DNA of 64,000 nucleotides from Gammaproteobacteria bacterium (GTDB lineage Bacteria; Pseudomonadota; Gammaproteobacteria; Eutrophobiales; Eutrophobiaceae): NCBI GenBank assembly GCA_965226155.1, contig OZ245331.1, positions 1,338,605 to 1,402,604 of the forward strand, read 5' to 3'. Shown piece by piece: positions 53,723 to 64,000 of this stretch (position 1 is its first letter; each line of letters starts with the position of its first letter). The notes under the pieces were generated by a model. It saw only the letters and a program-made list of their open reading frames with translations, ran no database searches and was not told where the DNA came from. The position numbers and the translations under genes were made by a program.

Positions 53723-56335
53723 TTAATTCACCGCTGTGTGTGGCACACTACTTAAATCGTCTTTTGTAAGAAACACTAAGGAATCATTTTTTACATCAAC
53801 AACTAGGACCACACCCGGGGACAGCTGTCCTCCAAGAATTTCTTTTGCGAGTGGCGTTTCCAGATGCGTTTGAATTGCTCTTTTGATCGGGCGCGCACCA
53901 TAGACCGGGTCAAATCCGGCGCGTCCCAGAAAATCTTTGGCCGCCTTTGTTACTTCGAGCTGAATATCCTGTTCCTGTAATCGATGTACGACCCGCATAA
54001 CCTGGATGTGAGCAATAGTTCGGATCTGTTCCTTGCGCAATGTATGAAATACCACCAGGTCATCAATTCGATTGATGAATTCCGGCCTGAAATGTAAGGA
54101 TACGACATCAAGAACCAGTTTCTTCATTTCTTCATAATCTGCATCATCATTCATGAATTGAATACGATCTGATCCCAGATTCGATGTCATAACGATAATG
54201 GCGTTACGGAAATCGATAGTCCGACCCTGTCCATCGGTGAGGCGGCCATCATCCATTACTTGTAACAGAATATTAAAAACGTCCGGATGTGCCTTCTCGA
54301 CTTCGTCTAGCAGGATAACGCTGTAAGGTCGGCGCCGAACCGTCTCAGTGAGATGACCGCCTTCTTCGTAACCAACATAGCCTGGTGGTGCGCCTATCAG
54401 TCTTGCAACGGCGTGTTTCTCCATATATTCGGACATGTCTATCCTGATAATGGCGTCTTCAGTATCAAACAAAAATTCTGCCAAAGCTTTGCAAAGCTCA
54501 GTTTTACCCACCCCAGTTGGTCCGAGGAACATAAAGGATCCGTTAGGCCGGTTGGGGTCTGACAATCCAGCACGGGATCTTCGAATTGCGTCAGCCACTG
54601 CAGAGACGGCTTCATCCTGGCCTACCACGCGCTCATGTAATGCCTTTTCCATTCTCAACAGTTTATCCCTTTCACCTTCGAGCATTTTCGAAACAGGGAT
54701 CCCGGTCCATTTGGAAATGACTTCTGCAATTTCGTTGTCCGTAACCTTATTGCGTAATAATTTCATGTCACTCATATTTGCTAGGGAAGATGATTCGAGT
54801 CTACGTTCAAGTTGAGGAATGATGCCGTATTGCAGTTCAGACATCCTCGTCAAATTACTTGCCCTGCGAGCTGATTCTAGTGCGAGATTGGCTTGCTCGA
54901 GGTTTTCTTTAATGGAATGGCTTCCATGCAAGACTGCTTTTTCTGATATCCAGATTTCTTCTAAGTCGCTGTATTCTTTTTCGGTATCTTTGATATCACT
55001 TTTAAGTATTTTTAGGCGTTTAGTTGATGCATCATCTGATTCTTTCTTCAATGCTTCGCGTTCGATCTTCATCTGGATCAGACGTCTTTCAAGCCGATCC
55101 ATTACCTCAGGCTTAGAATCGATCTCAATACTGATGCGGCTGGCTGCTTCGTCTATGAGGTCGATTGCTTTGTCGGGAAGCTGTCTGTCGGATATGTATC
55201 TGTAAGAAAGCGTGGCCGCTGCGACAATGGCCGGATCGGTAATCTGCACATTGTGATGGACTTCATATCGCCCTTTCAGTCCGCGTAATATGGCAATTGT
55301 ATCTTCAACACTGGGCTCATTGACCATAATTCTCTGGAACCTGCGTTCTAGTGCTGCGTCCTTTTCGATATTTTCACGATACTCGTTCAGAGTTGTAGCA
55401 CCAATGCAGTGTAATTCTCCACGGGAGAGTGCCGGCTTTAACATATTTCCGGCATCCATGGATCCTTCCGCCTTTCCGGCTCCTACCATAGTATGTAATT
55501 CATCAATGAAAATTATGATCTGACCCTCTTGTTTACTTAACTCTTTGAGAACTGACTTTAAACGTTCTTCGAATTCACCTCGGAATTTTGTACCAGCTAT
55601 CAATAGCCCTATATCCATCACAAGCAGTCGTTTGCCTTTGAGAGTTTCCGGAACTTCACCGTTGATGATTCGTTGTGCTAACCCCTCAACGATTGCTGTT
55701 TTTCCCACGCCGGGCTCACCAATTAATACTGGGTTATTTTTAGTCCTGCGTTGAAGTATTTGGATGGTTCTACGGATTTCGTCATCACGGCCAATCACCG
55801 GATCAAGTTTTCCTTGCTCTGCACGCTCGGTCAAATCAATTGTAAATTTGTCTAGTGCCTGCCTATTATCTTCGCTAGCTGGGTCATTGACGTTTTCACC
55901 GCCACGAAGATGATTGATAGCAGATTCCAATTTGTTTTTATCTGCTCCTGCGACCTTTAACAAACGTCCTAGCTGTCCAGTGTCTTGTAATGCTGCCAGG
56001 AAAAACAGTTCGCAGGATATGAACTTATCATTCCGTTTTTGCGCGAGCTTATCAGTAATATTCAAGACGCGTTCTAGATCCTTAGAAACATGGATTTCAC
56101 CTTCTGCACCATGGATTTGAGGGAAGCTGTCAAGTACGCGGGTCAATTCTTTATGTACATGTGCTCCATCCACACCTATTGATGCCAACAGATTACGGGT
56201 GGTACTGTTGTCCTGGTCCAGCATGGCCAAGATGACATGAACAGGTTCAATGAACTGATGATCATGACCCAAGGCAAGGCTTTGGGCATCGGCTAGGGCC
56301 ATTTGAAGCTTATTGGTCAATTTGTCATGGCGCAT
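53723..56335 (-). CDS. clpB: ATP-dependent chaperone ClpB
   Basis: 870 aa; N-domain, two AAA+ modules (GEPGVGKT; GPTGVGKT) and the long middle coiled-coil that distinguishes ClpB from ClpA. Confidence 0.97.
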   Translation of the reverse strand: MRHDKLTNKLQMALADAQSLALGHDHQFIEPVHVILAMLDQDNSTTRNLLASIGVDGAHVHKELTRVLDSFPQIHGAEGEIHVSKDLERVLNITDKLAQKRNDKFISCELFFLAALQDTGQLGRLLKVAGADKNKLESAINHLRGGENVNDPASEDNRQALDKFTIDLTERAEQGKLDPVIGRDDEIRRTIQILQRRTKNNPVLIGEPGVGKTAIVEGLAQRIINGEVPETLKGKRLLVMDIGLLIAGTKFRGEFEERLKSVLKELSKQEGQIIIFIDELHTMVGAGKAEGSMDAGNMLKPALSRGELHCIGATTLNEYRENIEKDAALERRFQRIMVNEPSVEDTIAILRGLKGRYEVHHNVQITDPAIVAAATLSYRYISDRQLPDKAIDLIDEAASRISIEIDSKPEVMDRLERRLIQMKIEREALKKESDDASTKRLKILKSDIKDTEKEYSDLEEIWISEKAVLHGSHSIKENLEQANLALESARRASNLTRMSELQYGIIPQLERRLESSSLANMSDMKLLRNKVTDNEIAEVISKWTGIPVSKMLEGERDKLLRMEKALHERVVGQDEAVSAVADAIRRSRAGLSDPNRPNGSFMFLGPTGVGKTELCKALAEFLFDTEDAIIRIDMSEYMEKHAVARLIGAPPGYVGYEEGGHLTETVRRRPYSVILLDEVEKAHPDVFNILLQVMDDGRLTDGQGRTIDFRNAIIVMTSNLGSDRIQFMNDDADYEEMKKLVLDVVSLHFRPEFINRIDDLVVFHTLRKEQIRTIAHIQVMRVVHRLQEQDIQLEVTKAAKDFLGRAGFDPVYGARPIKRAIQTHLETPLAKEILGGQLSPGVVLVVDVKNDSLVFLTKDDLSSVPHTAVN

Positions 56336-56508
56336 TATTCACTCCCACTAATCTTAGATGCATGATTTAAACATAGGATTGAATTTGGATATTTCAAGTG
56401 AATTTACATAAGAATTATGCTTATTTTGGCATGATGAGAGGAGGAATCGGGAATCGTTTCCTGTCGTAAATCAATAGTGGTTAATATGGATATAGTGATA
56501 GATCGGTT

Positions 56509-57935
56509 TCAATATATTCCAATGTCGAAATAGGAACGAGCAATTTTACTGATCGCAACTACGTACGCCGCTGTCCGAAAGTCTTTTACTTTTTCATTAC
56601 TTTGCAGGATCTCACTCATTTCCTGATAGGCATGTCGCATAGTGTCATCTAAGCCGGAGCGTACTAAATCCAGTTCGTCTGCACCTCTAACTACTTCTTT
56701 CTTAATCCAATCGGGCGCTTCTTTTTGAGTCATGGATTCCATTGCCGTAATTATGTGTTGTCCGCGCAATTCATCGAATCGTCGTTCCATACGTCCAAAC
56801 CGGATGTGTGATAGGTTTCTTATCCATTCAAAATATGAAACGGTTACACCGCCGGCATTAACGTAGGCGTCTGGCAGGATGGTAATACCTCGTTCCCTGA
56901 GAATTTCATCTCCCTCAAATGTCACTGGCCCATTAGCCGCTTCAACGATAAGTTTTGTTTTAATTTGGCCAGCGTTATCCTTTGTAATTTGTGCCTCCAT
57001 CGCTGCCGGAATCAGTATGTCACATTCTAGCTCCAGCATGGACTTGCCGTTTTCCGTGAAGGCTACATCTGGATAATCTTTGATTGTTTTGTTGGCATTG
57101 ATATATTCCCTTACACGTTGTACTGATAGACCTATCTTGATCAACTAGGGCGCCATCCTTTTCAATAATCGCTATAATTTTTGAATCATCTTCTTCATCT
57201 AATAGCTTTCCCGCGTAGTATCCAACATTTCCTAGGCCCTGAATGACAATTCGTTTGCCGGCTAGCTCACCAGTCATTCCTGTTGCTTTGCTATCAGCTG
57301 CATGTCGGAAAAATTTTCGCATGGCATAGACAGTCCCACGACCTGTGGCCTCAACCCTGCCTCGTATTCCACCATGATGGACAGGTTTTCCGGTAACGCT
57401 GGCCGCATAGTTAATATTTTCAGGATGTAAATGCCTGTAGGTATCTGCTATCCAAGCCATTTCACGTTCACCTGTTCCCATGTCTGGAGCAGGAACATTT
57501 GTTGAGGGACTGATGAAATCCTTGCGGATCAGTTCACGTGCGAATCGCCGTGTTATTAACTGGATTTCGTCACGACTATATTTAGATGGATCGATAAGTA
57601 GACCACCCTTAGATCCGCTAAATGGCACATCTACGATTGCACATTATATAAGTCATAAGTGCGGCAAGTGCTTTTACTTCATCTTGGTTGACGATAGCGG
57701 CATACCGGATGCCACCTTTTGAAGGAAGCCTGTGAGTGCTGTGTGTTGCGCGCCAGCCAGTGAAGACTTGTATCTTGCCTTGAATGTTGACAGGAAAATT
57801 TACTTCAATTATTGCATCACATGCCTTGATAGCACTAGCTACACCCGGGTCCATATCCATTACAGCAAATGCCCGATCTGCCATGAAGTCAACGCTTTCA
57901 CTGAAAGATAGCGACGTTTTCTTATTAGCAGCCAT
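56509..57935 (-). pseudogene. Glu/Leu/Phe/Val dehydrogenase family gene (probably glutamate dehydrogenase), broken into three frames
   Basis: ORFs 57618..57935 (N-term, ..GGIRY..ALAALMTY), 57020..57628 (VPFSGSKGG.., NAD-binding GLGNVGYYAG), 56509..57144 (C-term). Junctions explained by single-base insertions near 57632..57640 (TATATAA) and 57130..57136 (GATAGGT). Confidence 0.85.
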
Positions 57936-57989
57936 AAGCCATCTCCTGATTATTTAAGGTTATTTATTTTTAATTATTACCAGCTTAGC

Positions 57990-58739
57990 CTAACTATTGA
58001 TATTATTCATCCAGATCAGGCTTGCCGTGCGTCCCGTTCGGTTCTCACGGCGATATGAGAAATATTTATCTGAATGCTCATATGTGCACTCATTGGCACA
58101 TGAGATATTAAAGATACCGATAGCCTCCAGAACTCGCTTAACTAGTGCACCTAGATTTGCCTGCCAACGACCTGTTGGATTCATAACGAAAGCCTCAGTC
58201 AGACCGTCTCTATATTGAAGACAGGCGTCTCGTACATCATTACCTACTTCGTAGTGTAGTGAGCAGATATGTGGTCCTATCCACGTCGTTAAGTTTTCAT
58301 TGGAACCGAACATAGTCACCGCGTTTTCAATTATTCCCGCTGTGAAACCACGCCAGCCCACATGTACAGCTGCAATTTTGGTGCCTGCCTCGTTACAAAT
58401 TAACAAAGGAATGCAGTCTGCTGTTAGGACGGCACAAATCACTCCCTGTCGTTCTGTATATGTACCGTCTGCCTCGGTAACTACACTAGCATGAGAATCT
58501 GTTATCTTACTGCTATGCGTTTGATGCAGCCAGATAGGTTCAGCTGGTAATTTGAGGTGTTCGCGAAGTCTCCGGCGATTTTGTTGTACCTCTTCGATAT
58601 TATCGTCAACATGAGCTGCCAGATTTAGTGAGTCGTAGGGTTTGTTGCTAACACCATGATTGCGGGTACTAATACCGGCATGTATCCATGGGGCTCCCTC
58701 CCAGTTCGCTGCCTGCTAAGCATTAGTAAGTTCAGTCAT
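57990..58739 (-). pseudogene. pgeF: purine nucleoside phosphorylase/laccase-like PgeF (YfiH, DUF152) with premature in-frame TAG at codon 8
   Basis: ATG overlapping the rluD stop gives MTELTNA-TAG-QAANWEGAPWIHAGISTRNHGVS.., colinear with E. coli YfiH MSKLIVPQWPQPKGVAACSSTRIGGVS. Reading frame then continues uninterrupted into the 150-aa track ORF (57990..58442); no ATG/GTG/TTG between the TAG and that point. Confidence 0.75.
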
Positions 58740-59679
58740 TTTCTGCAAGCGATTTAAGCAGACCTTTAATATCATCTGGCAAGATAGATTCAAAAATCAT
58801 CGGCGACTGCTTTATCGGATGCATAAATTCTAGTTTACTGGCATGTAATGCTTGTCGTGGAAATGACTGTAACGAAGTACGTAGGGACTCTGTTGAATTC
58901 TTTGGTAAACGTTGTCGTCCACCATAGACAGGATCGCCAACTATAGGATGTTTTTTATATGCCATATGGACTCTGATCTGGTGGGTACGACCGGATTCGA
59001 GTTGTACCCTGACATGGGTATGTGCCTGGAACTTCTGAATTATTTGGAAGTGAGTTGTAGCCGACTTGCCGGTTTCCACAACGGCCATGCGTTTACGTTT
59101 AAGTGGATGGCGTCCTATTGGTGCTGTTACCGTGCCGCCAGTCGTGGGAACCCCTGAAATAATTGCTTGGTATTCACGTTTGATTTCCCGTTTCTGAAGT
59201 TGACGGACAAGCTGAGTATGTGATGTCGGTGTCCTAGCGATAACCATCAATCCTGATGTGTCTTTGTCTAGACGCTGAACGATCCCAGCCCGGGGCACCA
59301 TTTCTAGATTGGGGACATGATAAAGCAGTGCATTTAATAAGGTATGTTTCTGGTTTCCTGCTCCTGGATGGACGACAAGTCCGTCCGGTTTATCCACTAC
59401 GACAATGTCATCGTCATTATAGATGATATTTAAGGGAAGGGATTCCGGTATTGGTGCAGATTCAGGCGATGCTGACTCCGCAATAATCTTGATGTTTTCT
59501 CCGCCATCGAGGATGTCGCGCTGCCTGGGTGTTTTGTTATTAACTAAGATAAATCCCAATCTTATCCAGGCCTGTAGTCTTGATCGGGAATGCTGGGGAC
59601 ATAATATCGCCAGAACCTGATCTAGTCGTTTACCTTTCAGGTCTTGGGTAACAATAAAATTAAGCTCTTCGTAGGCCAT
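58732..59679 (-). CDS. rluD: 23S rRNA pseudouridine(1911/1915/1917) synthase RluD
   Basis: 315 aa; S4 domain plus RluA-family catalytic motif (HRLDKDTSGL); rluD-pgeF-clpB order and divergent bamD as in E. coli. Confidence 0.93.
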   Translation of the reverse strand: MAYEELNFIVTQDLKGKRLDQVLAILCPQHSRSRLQAWIRLGFILVNNKTPRQRDILDGGENIKIIAESASPESAPIPESLPLNIIYNDDDIVVVDKPDGLVVHPGAGNQKHTLLNALLYHVPNLEMVPRAGIVQRLDKDTSGLMVIARTPTSHTQLVRQLQKREIKREYQAIISGVPTTGGTVTAPIGRHPLKRKRMAVVETGKSATTHFQIIQKFQAHTHVRVQLESGRTHQIRVHMAYKKHPIVGDPVYGGRQRLPKNSTESLRTSLQSFPRQALHASKLEFMHPIKQSPMIFESILPDDIKGLLKSLAEND

Positions 59680-59724
59680 CGCATTTTTTCAAATTGTATC
59701 AACAGATGATTTAATTAAGTCGTT

Positions 59725-60534
59725 TTGCGCTATCTTGTTGATTGCTATAATCTGCATACCATGAATAGGATACTACTAATTACACTGTTGGTCGTAACAT
59801 CTGGATGTTCAATTTTTAGTAAGGATAACGAAGATACCACTAGGAACTGGACGGTTGAGCGTCTCTATGGCGAAGCGAAAGATGCTCTGGAAGCCAAGTC
59901 TTATAATAGGGCTGTAGAACTCTATGAATATCTGGAAACACGGTTCCCTTTTGGTGTTTATGGACAACAATCATTATTGGATTTAGCGTATGCGTATTTT
60001 AAGATTGGGGACCATGATTCATCGATCACTTCCTGTGGCAGATTTATCAGGTTGTACCCTCAAAATCCACATGTCGATTATGCCTATTACTTGCGAGGCC
60101 TGGTAAATTACAACCGCAGGACCAGCATTACTGATCGCATCATACGTACCGATTCATCTCAGCGGGATACGTCTGCTGCTTATCAGGCATTTCAATATTT
60201 TTCAGAATTATTAGAAAAATTCCCTGACAGCCAATATGCAGAGGATGCAACCCAGAGGATGGTATATTTGAGAAACTTACTTGCACAAAATGAAGTTCAT
60301 ATTGCTCAGTATTACTTGCGTAGAAACGCTTATATTGCCGCTGTAAACCGGGCTAGGTACGTGGTAAACATATTTCCAAGAACACCATCAGTACCCGATG
60401 CACTTATCATTATGTCCAGGGTATATAAAATATTGGAAATGGATGATTTATCAAGTGATGCGCTGAGGGTACTGGAAATGAATTATCCCGATCATCCAGG
60501 GATCGACGAAGTCCGGAGGGTAGTAATCAAATAA
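59725..60534 (+). CDS. bamD: outer membrane protein assembly factor BamD (YfiO)
   Basis: TPR lipoprotein, lipobox LVVTSGCS; probable true start at internal ATG (MNRILL, about 59761). Confidence 0.9.
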   Translation: MRYLVDCYNLHTMNRILLITLLVVTSGCSIFSKDNEDTTRNWTVERLYGEAKDALEAKSYNRAVELYEYLETRFPFGVYGQQSLLDLAYAYFKIGDHDSSITSCGRFIRLYPQNPHVDYAYYLRGLVNYNRRTSITDRIIRTDSSQRDTSAAYQAFQYFSELLEKFPDSQYAEDATQRMVYLRNLLAQNEVHIAQYYLRRNAYIAAVNRARYVVNIFPRTPSVPDALIIMSRVYKILEMDDLSSDALRVLEMNYPDHPGIDEVRRVVIK

Positions 60535-60548
60535 TGAGTGAAAATTTG

Positions 60549-62168
60549 CTAACCCTCTCTGTAGCCTGAAGTGATTGGATAACGCCGTTCCCTGCCAAAA
60601 GCCCGTTTACTGATCTTTACGCCGGGTGCAGCTTGGCGCCGTTTGTACTCATTTAAATCAACCATCTTAATTACTCGATACACATCTTTTTCATTAAAAC
60701 CCCCTTGGATAATTTGTTGGGGGCTCTGATCACGCTCAATATAACGTTCCAATATCGGGTCTAAAACATGATATGATGGTAATGAGTCCTCATCTTTCTG
60801 GTTGTCTCTCAATTCTGCAGTAGGTGGTCGACTAATGATTCTTTCAGGGATAACTAGCTCTTGTTTATTTCTCCATTTGGCAAGCTGGTACACAAGTAAT
60901 TTTGGTATATCTTTTAATGGAGCATAACCGCCTACCATATCGCCATACAAAGTTGAGTATCCAACGGCCATTTCACTTTTGTTACCTGTAGCTAATACAA
61001 GTTTATGTGATTTATTGGAGATGGCCATGAGTATGATTCCCCTGCATCTTGCCTGTATATTTTCCTCGGTAGTATCTTCAGGTAAATTATTAAATACTGG
61101 TTTGAGAAGCTCCACAAATGAAGAGAATATGTTATCGATAGAGATAACACGATGAGAAATATTGAGGTTATTACTTAATTGTACAGAATCATCCATACTC
61201 ATTTCTGAAGTGAATCTCGATGGCATCAAAATAACCTCGACGTTTTCATCTCCAAGTGCATCACACGCTATACAGACTACCAGAGCTGAATCAATTCCAC
61301 CTGATAATCCTATTACTACACTATTAAATCCGTTTTTATTTACATAATCTCTAACTGCTAATACTAGTGCATTATAAATAATCTCTTCATGCGATAATTT
61401 TTTCACTGTTTGCTTGGGTATAGAAATTTCTAATAAATTTTCAGCTTTGTAAATTTCGGCAACGAAGAGGTTTTCCTCAAAATAAGGTGCTTGGAAAATT
61501 ACTTTTCCTTTTTCATCCACGATCATAGACGCTCCATCAAATACCAGCTCGTCTTGACCGCCGATTTGGTTTACGTAGATAATTGGGATGCCATTTTCTT
61601 TAATTCGATCTTGAAGTATTAATATTCTTTCATTAATTTTATTTTCATGAAATGGCGAAGCATTAATATTGATGATTAATTCTGCGCCAGCTTCTTTCGC
61701 AAGTTCTGATGGTTCTGATGACCAAATATCTTCGCAAATGGTTAATGCGGTTTTAATTCCATTTAAATCAACTAAACAAGGTGATGAACCGGGGCTGAAA
61801 TATCTTTTTTCATCAAATACACCGTAATTGGGTAAAATCATCTTGTCATATGAGCTTACCCGTTTTCCATCACTCATAACTACACAACTATTATAAATTG
61901 TATTTCCTTCTAGTCTGGGGTAGCCAAAAATAAGATTTATATCATTCGTTTTTTTTGAAATAGTATTCAGTGTATCATTGATTTTTTTATGAAATGCTGG
62001 CCGATACAATAGATCTTCAGGGGGATAGCCAGATAATACGAGCTCGGGAAAAATTATTGTATCAAGCTTAAATTTTGAGCGGCCTAGTTCAATATAGTCG
62101 ATAATAAGAGATACGTTTTTATCAATGTTACCTACATAAGAGTTAACTTGGGCTAATCCTATTAGCAT
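60549..62168 (-). CDS. nadE: glutamine-dependent NAD+ synthetase (N-terminal nitrilase/glutaminase domain + C-terminal NadE domain)
   Basis: 539 aa; CN-hydrolase domain then PP-loop SGGIDS. Confidence 0.9.
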   Translation of the reverse strand: MLIGLAQVNSYVGNIDKNVSLIIDYIELGRSKFKLDTIIFPELVLSGYPPEDLLYRPAFHKKINDTLNTISKKTNDINLIFGYPRLEGNTIYNSCVVMSDGKRVSSYDKMILPNYGVFDEKRYFSPGSSPCLVDLNGIKTALTICEDIWSSEPSELAKEAGAELIININASPFHENKINERILILQDRIKENGIPIIYVNQIGGQDELVFDGASMIVDEKGKVIFQAPYFEENLFVAEIYKAENLLEISIPKQTVKKLSHEEIIYNALVLAVRDYVNKNGFNSVVIGLSGGIDSALVVCIACDALGDENVEVILMPSRFTSEMSMDDSVQLSNNLNISHRVISIDNIFSSFVELLKPVFNNLPEDTTEENIQARCRGIILMAISNKSHKLVLATGNKSEMAVGYSTLYGDMVGGYAPLKDIPKLLVYQLAKWRNKQELVIPERIISRPPTAELRDNQKDEDSLPSYHVLDPILERYIERDQSPQQIIQGGFNEKDVYRVIKMVDLNEYKRRQAAPGVKISKRAFGRERRYPITSGYREG

Positions 62169-62360
62169 TTTATAAATATATTGTTTTCTGAGATTCGGTT
62201 AATTTTAATTATTTATATGTGTCATTAAGTTCTAAATTGAGTAAAAAATTAGATACAGGCAGCGCTGAATCTGGAAAGTGGTCATCAGGTTAGCCAAAAG
62301 ATATAGGTTGCAGATCTGACAATTTTATTTTTCAAAAAAATCACATTGGATACAGAAGAG

Positions 62361-63230
62361 TTAAAGAGAGTCTGCGATAGTGCTACCAAGAATAGCAGGT
62401 GAACGAACTGTCTTAACACCTGCTGCTTCCAGAGATGAATATTTATCATCAGCTGTGCCTTTGCCGCCTGAAATAATTGCACCAGCATGTCCCATCCTTT
62501 TTCCTGGTGGTGCAGTTACACCAGCGATATAAGCAACAACCGGTTTTGATACATTGGACTTGATAAATTCAGCCGCTTCTTCTTCAGCTGTTCCGCCAAT
62601 CTCTCCAACCATGATGATCCCTTTTGTTTCATTATCCTCTTGGAATAGTTTCAGACAATCAATAAAATTTGTTCCATGTATTGGATCTCCGCCTATACCT
62701 ATACAGGTACTTTGCCCAAGTTTTGCCAAAGTTGTTTGATGAACTGCTTCATATGTGAGTGTTCCTGAACGAGACACAATGCCAATGCTACCCGGTGTAT
62801 GTATATTGCCAGGCATAATTCCGATTTTACATTGTCCTGGTGTGATGATGCCTGGGCAGTTAGGTCCAATAAGGCGTGTATCTGGATAGCAGTCTAAGCT
62901 AGCGCGTACTTTTAACATATCAAGCACTGGTATTCCTTCAGTGATACAGACAATAAGAGTGATACCCGCTTCCGCTGCTTCGATTATTGCCTCTGTAGCA
63001 AAGGGTGCGGGAACCATAATCATGGTTGCGTTAGCACTAATTTCTTTTACCGCATCACAGACAGTATTAAAAACTGGTTTATCTAGGTGAGTTTGCCCAC
63101 CTCTGCCAGGTGTAATGCCACCTACAACCTGCGTACCATATTCAATTGCCTGTTCAGCGTGAAATGTCCCTTGCTTTCCAGTAAAGCCCTGAACAATCAA
63201 TTTTGTATTTTTATCTACCAATACTGCCAT
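62361..63230 (-). CDS. sucD: succinate--CoA ligase [ADP-forming] subunit alpha
   Basis: 289 aa; CoA-binding N-domain, phospho-histidine region GHAGAII. Confidence 0.95.
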   Translation of the reverse strand: MAVLVDKNTKLIVQGFTGKQGTFHAEQAIEYGTQVVGGITPGRGGQTHLDKPVFNTVCDAVKEISANATMIMVPAPFATEAIIEAAEAGITLIVCITEGIPVLDMLKVRASLDCYPDTRLIGPNCPGIITPGQCKIGIMPGNIHTPGSIGIVSRSGTLTYEAVHQTTLAKLGQSTCIGIGGDPIHGTNFIDCLKLFQEDNETKGIIMVGEIGGTAEEEAAEFIKSNVSKPVVAYIAGVTAPPGKRMGHAGAIISGGKGTADDKYSSLEAAGVKTVRSPAILGSTIADSL

Positions 63231-63232
63231 GA

Positions 63233-64000
63233 TTATTGTTTTCCTTTAGACGCATTAACAACTGAATTTGCAGCATCAGTCAGATCGTCTGCGGCAATTA
63301 TTTTCAGGCCACTTTCGCCCAGTAATTTTTTTCCTTCATCAACATTTGTTCCCTGTAACCTGACAACAACTGGAACATTAACGCCAACATCCTTTACAGC
63401 ATTAATAATACCTTCCGCAATGAGGTCACATCGGACAATGCCACCAAAAATATTTACTAGTATTGCTTCAACCTTAGGATCTGAAACAATTAATTTAAAA
63501 GCCTCTGCGACTCGCTCTTTTGTTGCGCTACCACCAACATCAAGAAAATTTGCTGGATCACCACCGTGCAGCTTGATAATGTCCATCGTTGCCATGGCAA
63601 GCCCTGCACCGTTAACCATGCATGCAATATTTCCATCTAGAGCGACGTAATTCAGGTCAAATTGTTTCGCTGCATTTTCTGTTTCATTTTCCTGGGATTC
63701 ATCACGCAATTTTTCAAGGTCAGGGTGTCTATACATTGCGTTATCATCTACTGATAATTTTGCATCCAAGGCTTCGATATCTCCAGCTTTGGTTATAATT
63801 AGGGGATTAATTTCAACTAAACTTAAATCTTTATCAATAAAAAGTGAATAGAGTCCCTTCAAGGTAATAGATAGCTGCTTTCTTTGTGTGTCGTTTAAAT
63901 CAAGATCAAATCCCAATTTTCGACTTTGAAATTCCTGGATACCTAAAACTGGGTCAATAAAAAAGGAATATATTTTCTCAGGTTCAGTATCAGCAACTTC
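63233..64000 (-). CDS. sucC: succinate--CoA ligase subunit beta, C-terminal part (5' end beyond window)
   Basis: Frame stays open to the right window edge (..[10 protein letters not shown].. upstream of the track's internal Met); CoA-ligase C-domain. Confidence 0.9.
   Translation of the reverse strand, partial: EVADTEPEKIYSFFIDPVLGIQEFQSRKLGFDLDLNDTQRKQLSITLKGLYSLFIDKDLSLVEINPLIITKAGDIEALDAKLSVDDNAMYRHPDLEKLRDESQENETENAAKQFDLNYVALDGNIACMVNGAGLAMATMDIIKLHGGDPANFLDVGGSATKERVAEAFKLIVSDPKVEAILVNIFGGIVRCDLIAEGIINAVKDVGVNVPVVVRLQGTNVDEGKKLLGESGLKIIAADDLTDAANSVVNASKGKQ

Noticed and set aside
54353-56120. Several 68-128-aa plus-strand ORFs inside clpB
   Set aside because: These antisense ORFs lie within a clearly coding, well-supported gene. 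No independent signals.
58438-58443. Apparent extra C near 58441 when hand-translating pgeF, suggesting another frameshift
   Set aside because: Both track ORFs crossing this point (57990..58442 minus, 58300..58494 plus) are consistent only without it. I attribute this to my own transcription or counting error. My hand-derived coordinates beyond here may be off by 1 nt.
63087-63650. 187-aa plus-strand ORF across the sucD/sucC junction
   Set aside because: This antisense ORF lies within clearly coding, well-supported genes. No independent signals.

Overview
This is a low-GC (about 40%) gammaproteobacterial chromosomal window carrying housekeeping synteny blocks; the gene order closely matches the Pseudomonas / Legionellales arrangement.

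Gene order, left to right:
- secD (partial), secF, pdxB, purN, a DUF4399 protein on the minus strand.
- An MMPL/RND exporter, then mlaC, ibaG, murA, hisG, hisD, and degS/algW-like protease on the minus strand.
- petA, petB, petC, sspA, sspB.
- On the minus strand: dolP, diaA, yraN and lpoA.
- rsmI, the RNase P RNA gene rnpB, then a complete 16-gene dcw cluster: mraZ, rsmH, ftsL, ftsI, murE, murF, mraY, murD, ftsW, murG, murC, murB, ddl, ftsQ, ftsA, ftsZ.
- lpxC, a DUF721/DciA-like gene on the minus strand, an M23 peptidase, secA.
- An IS30-family insertion sequence, then argJ and a mutT-thiE fusion.
- On the minus strand: yacG, zapD, coaE, pilD, pilC, pilB, clpB, a glutamate-dehydrogenase-family gene, pgeF/yfiH and rluD.
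- bamD on the plus strand, then nadE, sucD and sucC (partial) on the minus strand.

No CRISPR array, rRNA or tRNA was recognised.

The main signal is a set of seven inactivating lesions, all in five dispensable genes. yraN has one frameshift, pilC one, pilB two and the gdh-like gene two. pgeF has a TAG stop at codon 8. About 50 other genes read intact, including the dcw cluster, secA and clpB. Together with the IS30 insertion immediately upstream of argJ, this looks like genome decay with loss of type IV pilus biogenesis (host restriction). Sequencing error at homopolymers is the alternative to exclude.

Secondary observations:
- an MMPL exporter sits where mlaFED would be expected, upstream of an orphan mlaC-ibaG-murA;
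- 10-bp-phased TGGGG repeats (putative MraZ operator) lie upstream of mraZ;
- a Tat motif lies upstream of the called petA start.
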